Notes under the pieces: model-generated
What the model saw: only the letters and a program-made list of their open reading frames with translations
Databases searched by the model: none
What the model was told of the DNA's origin: nothing
Translations under genes and position numbers: made by a program
In this document: positions 62,685-64,000 of the stretch, piece by piece
Layout of the letters: the number at the start of each line of letters is the position of its first letter
Position numbering within the stretch: position 1 is the stretch's first letter
NCBI GenBank assembly: GCA_964247055.1
Contig: OZ176054.1
Location: 6,510,001 to 6,574,000 of the forward strand
Source: Paragordius varius
Taxonomy: Eukaryota > Animalia > Nematomorpha
Length of the DNA: 64,000 nt
Direction of reading: 5' to 3'

Positions 62685-63444
62685 CTAAGCTGAATTGTTT
62701 TCTATTTTTACTTTAGGATGAATTCTGCACACTGGTAAGCATAAAATAAATTGCAAATTAGACATTTCCAAAAATGAGTGAATAAATAATACTCTAAGTG
62801 TTGACAATCCGGTACATTCTTCTGATTGCGATTCAACTGTGGAACTGATCAAATCCTCTTTAATTAGTGCCCTAGCTTTAGCCGATAACCGTTTTTTCGG
62901 ATTGATTGAAGTATTTGAATCTTGAGAATTATTTTTCTTTCGTTTTCGTTCGTTAGATGAAGTAGTAGAAATAGTCGTGTTTGATTTTCTACCTCTGCCA
63001 CATTTAAGTTTTTTATCAGTGTCCGAGGTATCTTGTGGAATAGAGCTGCATTTAGTATTTAAGTGATGTTGAACTGATTCGTTGTTGCTAATCAAAGTGT
63101 GATGATCTGGATTTTGATATCCTTGATATACGTTATCTTGGCTATCATAATTGTAATTAATTATATCAATTTCAATAAGTCGATCATTATCGTCATAGAG
63201 ATGTGAAAATGATGTATTTTGCCTCGGTTGTTTAACGACTTTATTTTGATAATTTGTATTATTGGGTCTGTTGTTATCTTTAGTGTCAGAATCAATATCT
63301 TCCCCCTTTTCAGGGTGTTGAAGGGAAGCTGGAGGTTTTTTACGCCGCGGTTGATACTTATAATCAGGATGCTCTTTTTTGTGAACTTTTCGCAAACGTT
63401 CGGCCTCTTCAATGAACGGTATGCGATCTTTTTCATCCAACAAT
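62685..63444 (-). CDS. SoxE: SoxE-group HMG-box transcription factor (Sox8/9/10, Sox100B-like): exon with the C-terminal half of the HMG box; upstream exon lies beyond the window end
   Basis: Acceptor TTTGTAG at 63445 in phase 2, at the usual mid-HMG intron site, then (R)[36 protein letters not shown]. [14 protein letters not shown] is characteristic of SoxE. The true 3' end of this exon is uncertain. Confidence 0.9.
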
Positions 63445-63639
63445 CTACAAACATTAAGGAATAATTTAATTACCATAAAACCAAAAAAAAGCTTAATAGT
63501 TTTAGGTTAACTTCTTTCCCGTTTTCAAATTGTTCTTGTTTATTTTATTTATTGTCCAAATATTTTGCATATTTTACTCTTAAATTCTATACATAACTTT
63601 TTATAAAATATAATCGTTACAAAATACACTGGTTTTAAT

Positions 63640-63710
63640 GATATGTAGCGTGTCGGCTTACACTGTGCATGCGGTGTGCCAGAGTTCAAACCCCGAAGCT
63701 GCACAATTTT
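63640..63710 (+). mobile_element. Possible tRNA-derived SINE head or tRNA pseudogene in the SoxE intron
   Basis: A-box-like TAGCGTGTCGG (63646) and B-box-like GAGTTCAAACC (63682); no complete cloverleaf. Confidence 0.35.
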
Positions 63711-64000
63711 TTCACTGTCAGCCCTGGGGAGGCGCGTGTATAAAGCTTTTCACAAGTCCTAATATAATTTAAGCCTTTCAATAAAAAGAAAAAATGACTC
63801 CAAACTCTATTTGAATTATTAATAGTATTTATGAGGTCATCGAATAGGGTTGCAAAGGGTAAAACCGGAATAGCGATGATTTCTAGACACTTTAAACCGG
63901 AAACATTTGTAATCCTAAAAATCTAAAAATGAAACTACCGGGGTGGTTACATTAGACCTAAAAAAGGTGTTCTCAGTATCCATTTAGAAAATAAAAAATT

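Overview
Eukaryotic (animal, probably invertebrate; taxon not determinable here) genomic DNA, very AT-rich, with spliced genes and no sign of prokaryotic operons or CRISPR. Six protein-coding genes were reconstructed by hand. (1) Mitofusin (minus strand; 3' end runs off the window start). (2) An N-terminally short NudCD3-like CS-domain protein whose ATG lies 66 bp head-to-head from the mitofusin ATG. (3) A DIPP/NUDT3-type Nudix hydrolase. (4) Mitochondrial dihydrolipoamide dehydrogenase (DLD, 12 exons, 500 aa). (5) An ADAMTS-type zinc metalloprotease of about 912 aa that unexpectedly ends in a transmembrane helix and a tail with an LDLR-like FxNPxY motif. (6) The 3' part of a SoxE gene. The rest is a transposon-rich landscape: TTAA-flanked piggyBac-like MITEs, a Helitron-type element with an internal ~150-bp repeat array, foldback-like MITEs with 21-bp repeats, hAT/Buster elements with 8-bp TSDs, a decayed Mos1-like mariner and a decayed RTE-like LINE. 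The most striking observation is a set of ultra-short GT-AG introns (21, 23, 25, 28, 29 and possibly 38 nt). They are needed to restore conserved reading frames, sit near gene 5' ends, and coexist with kb-long TE-filled introns. All gene models and protein comparisons are manual and from memory; no database searches were run.
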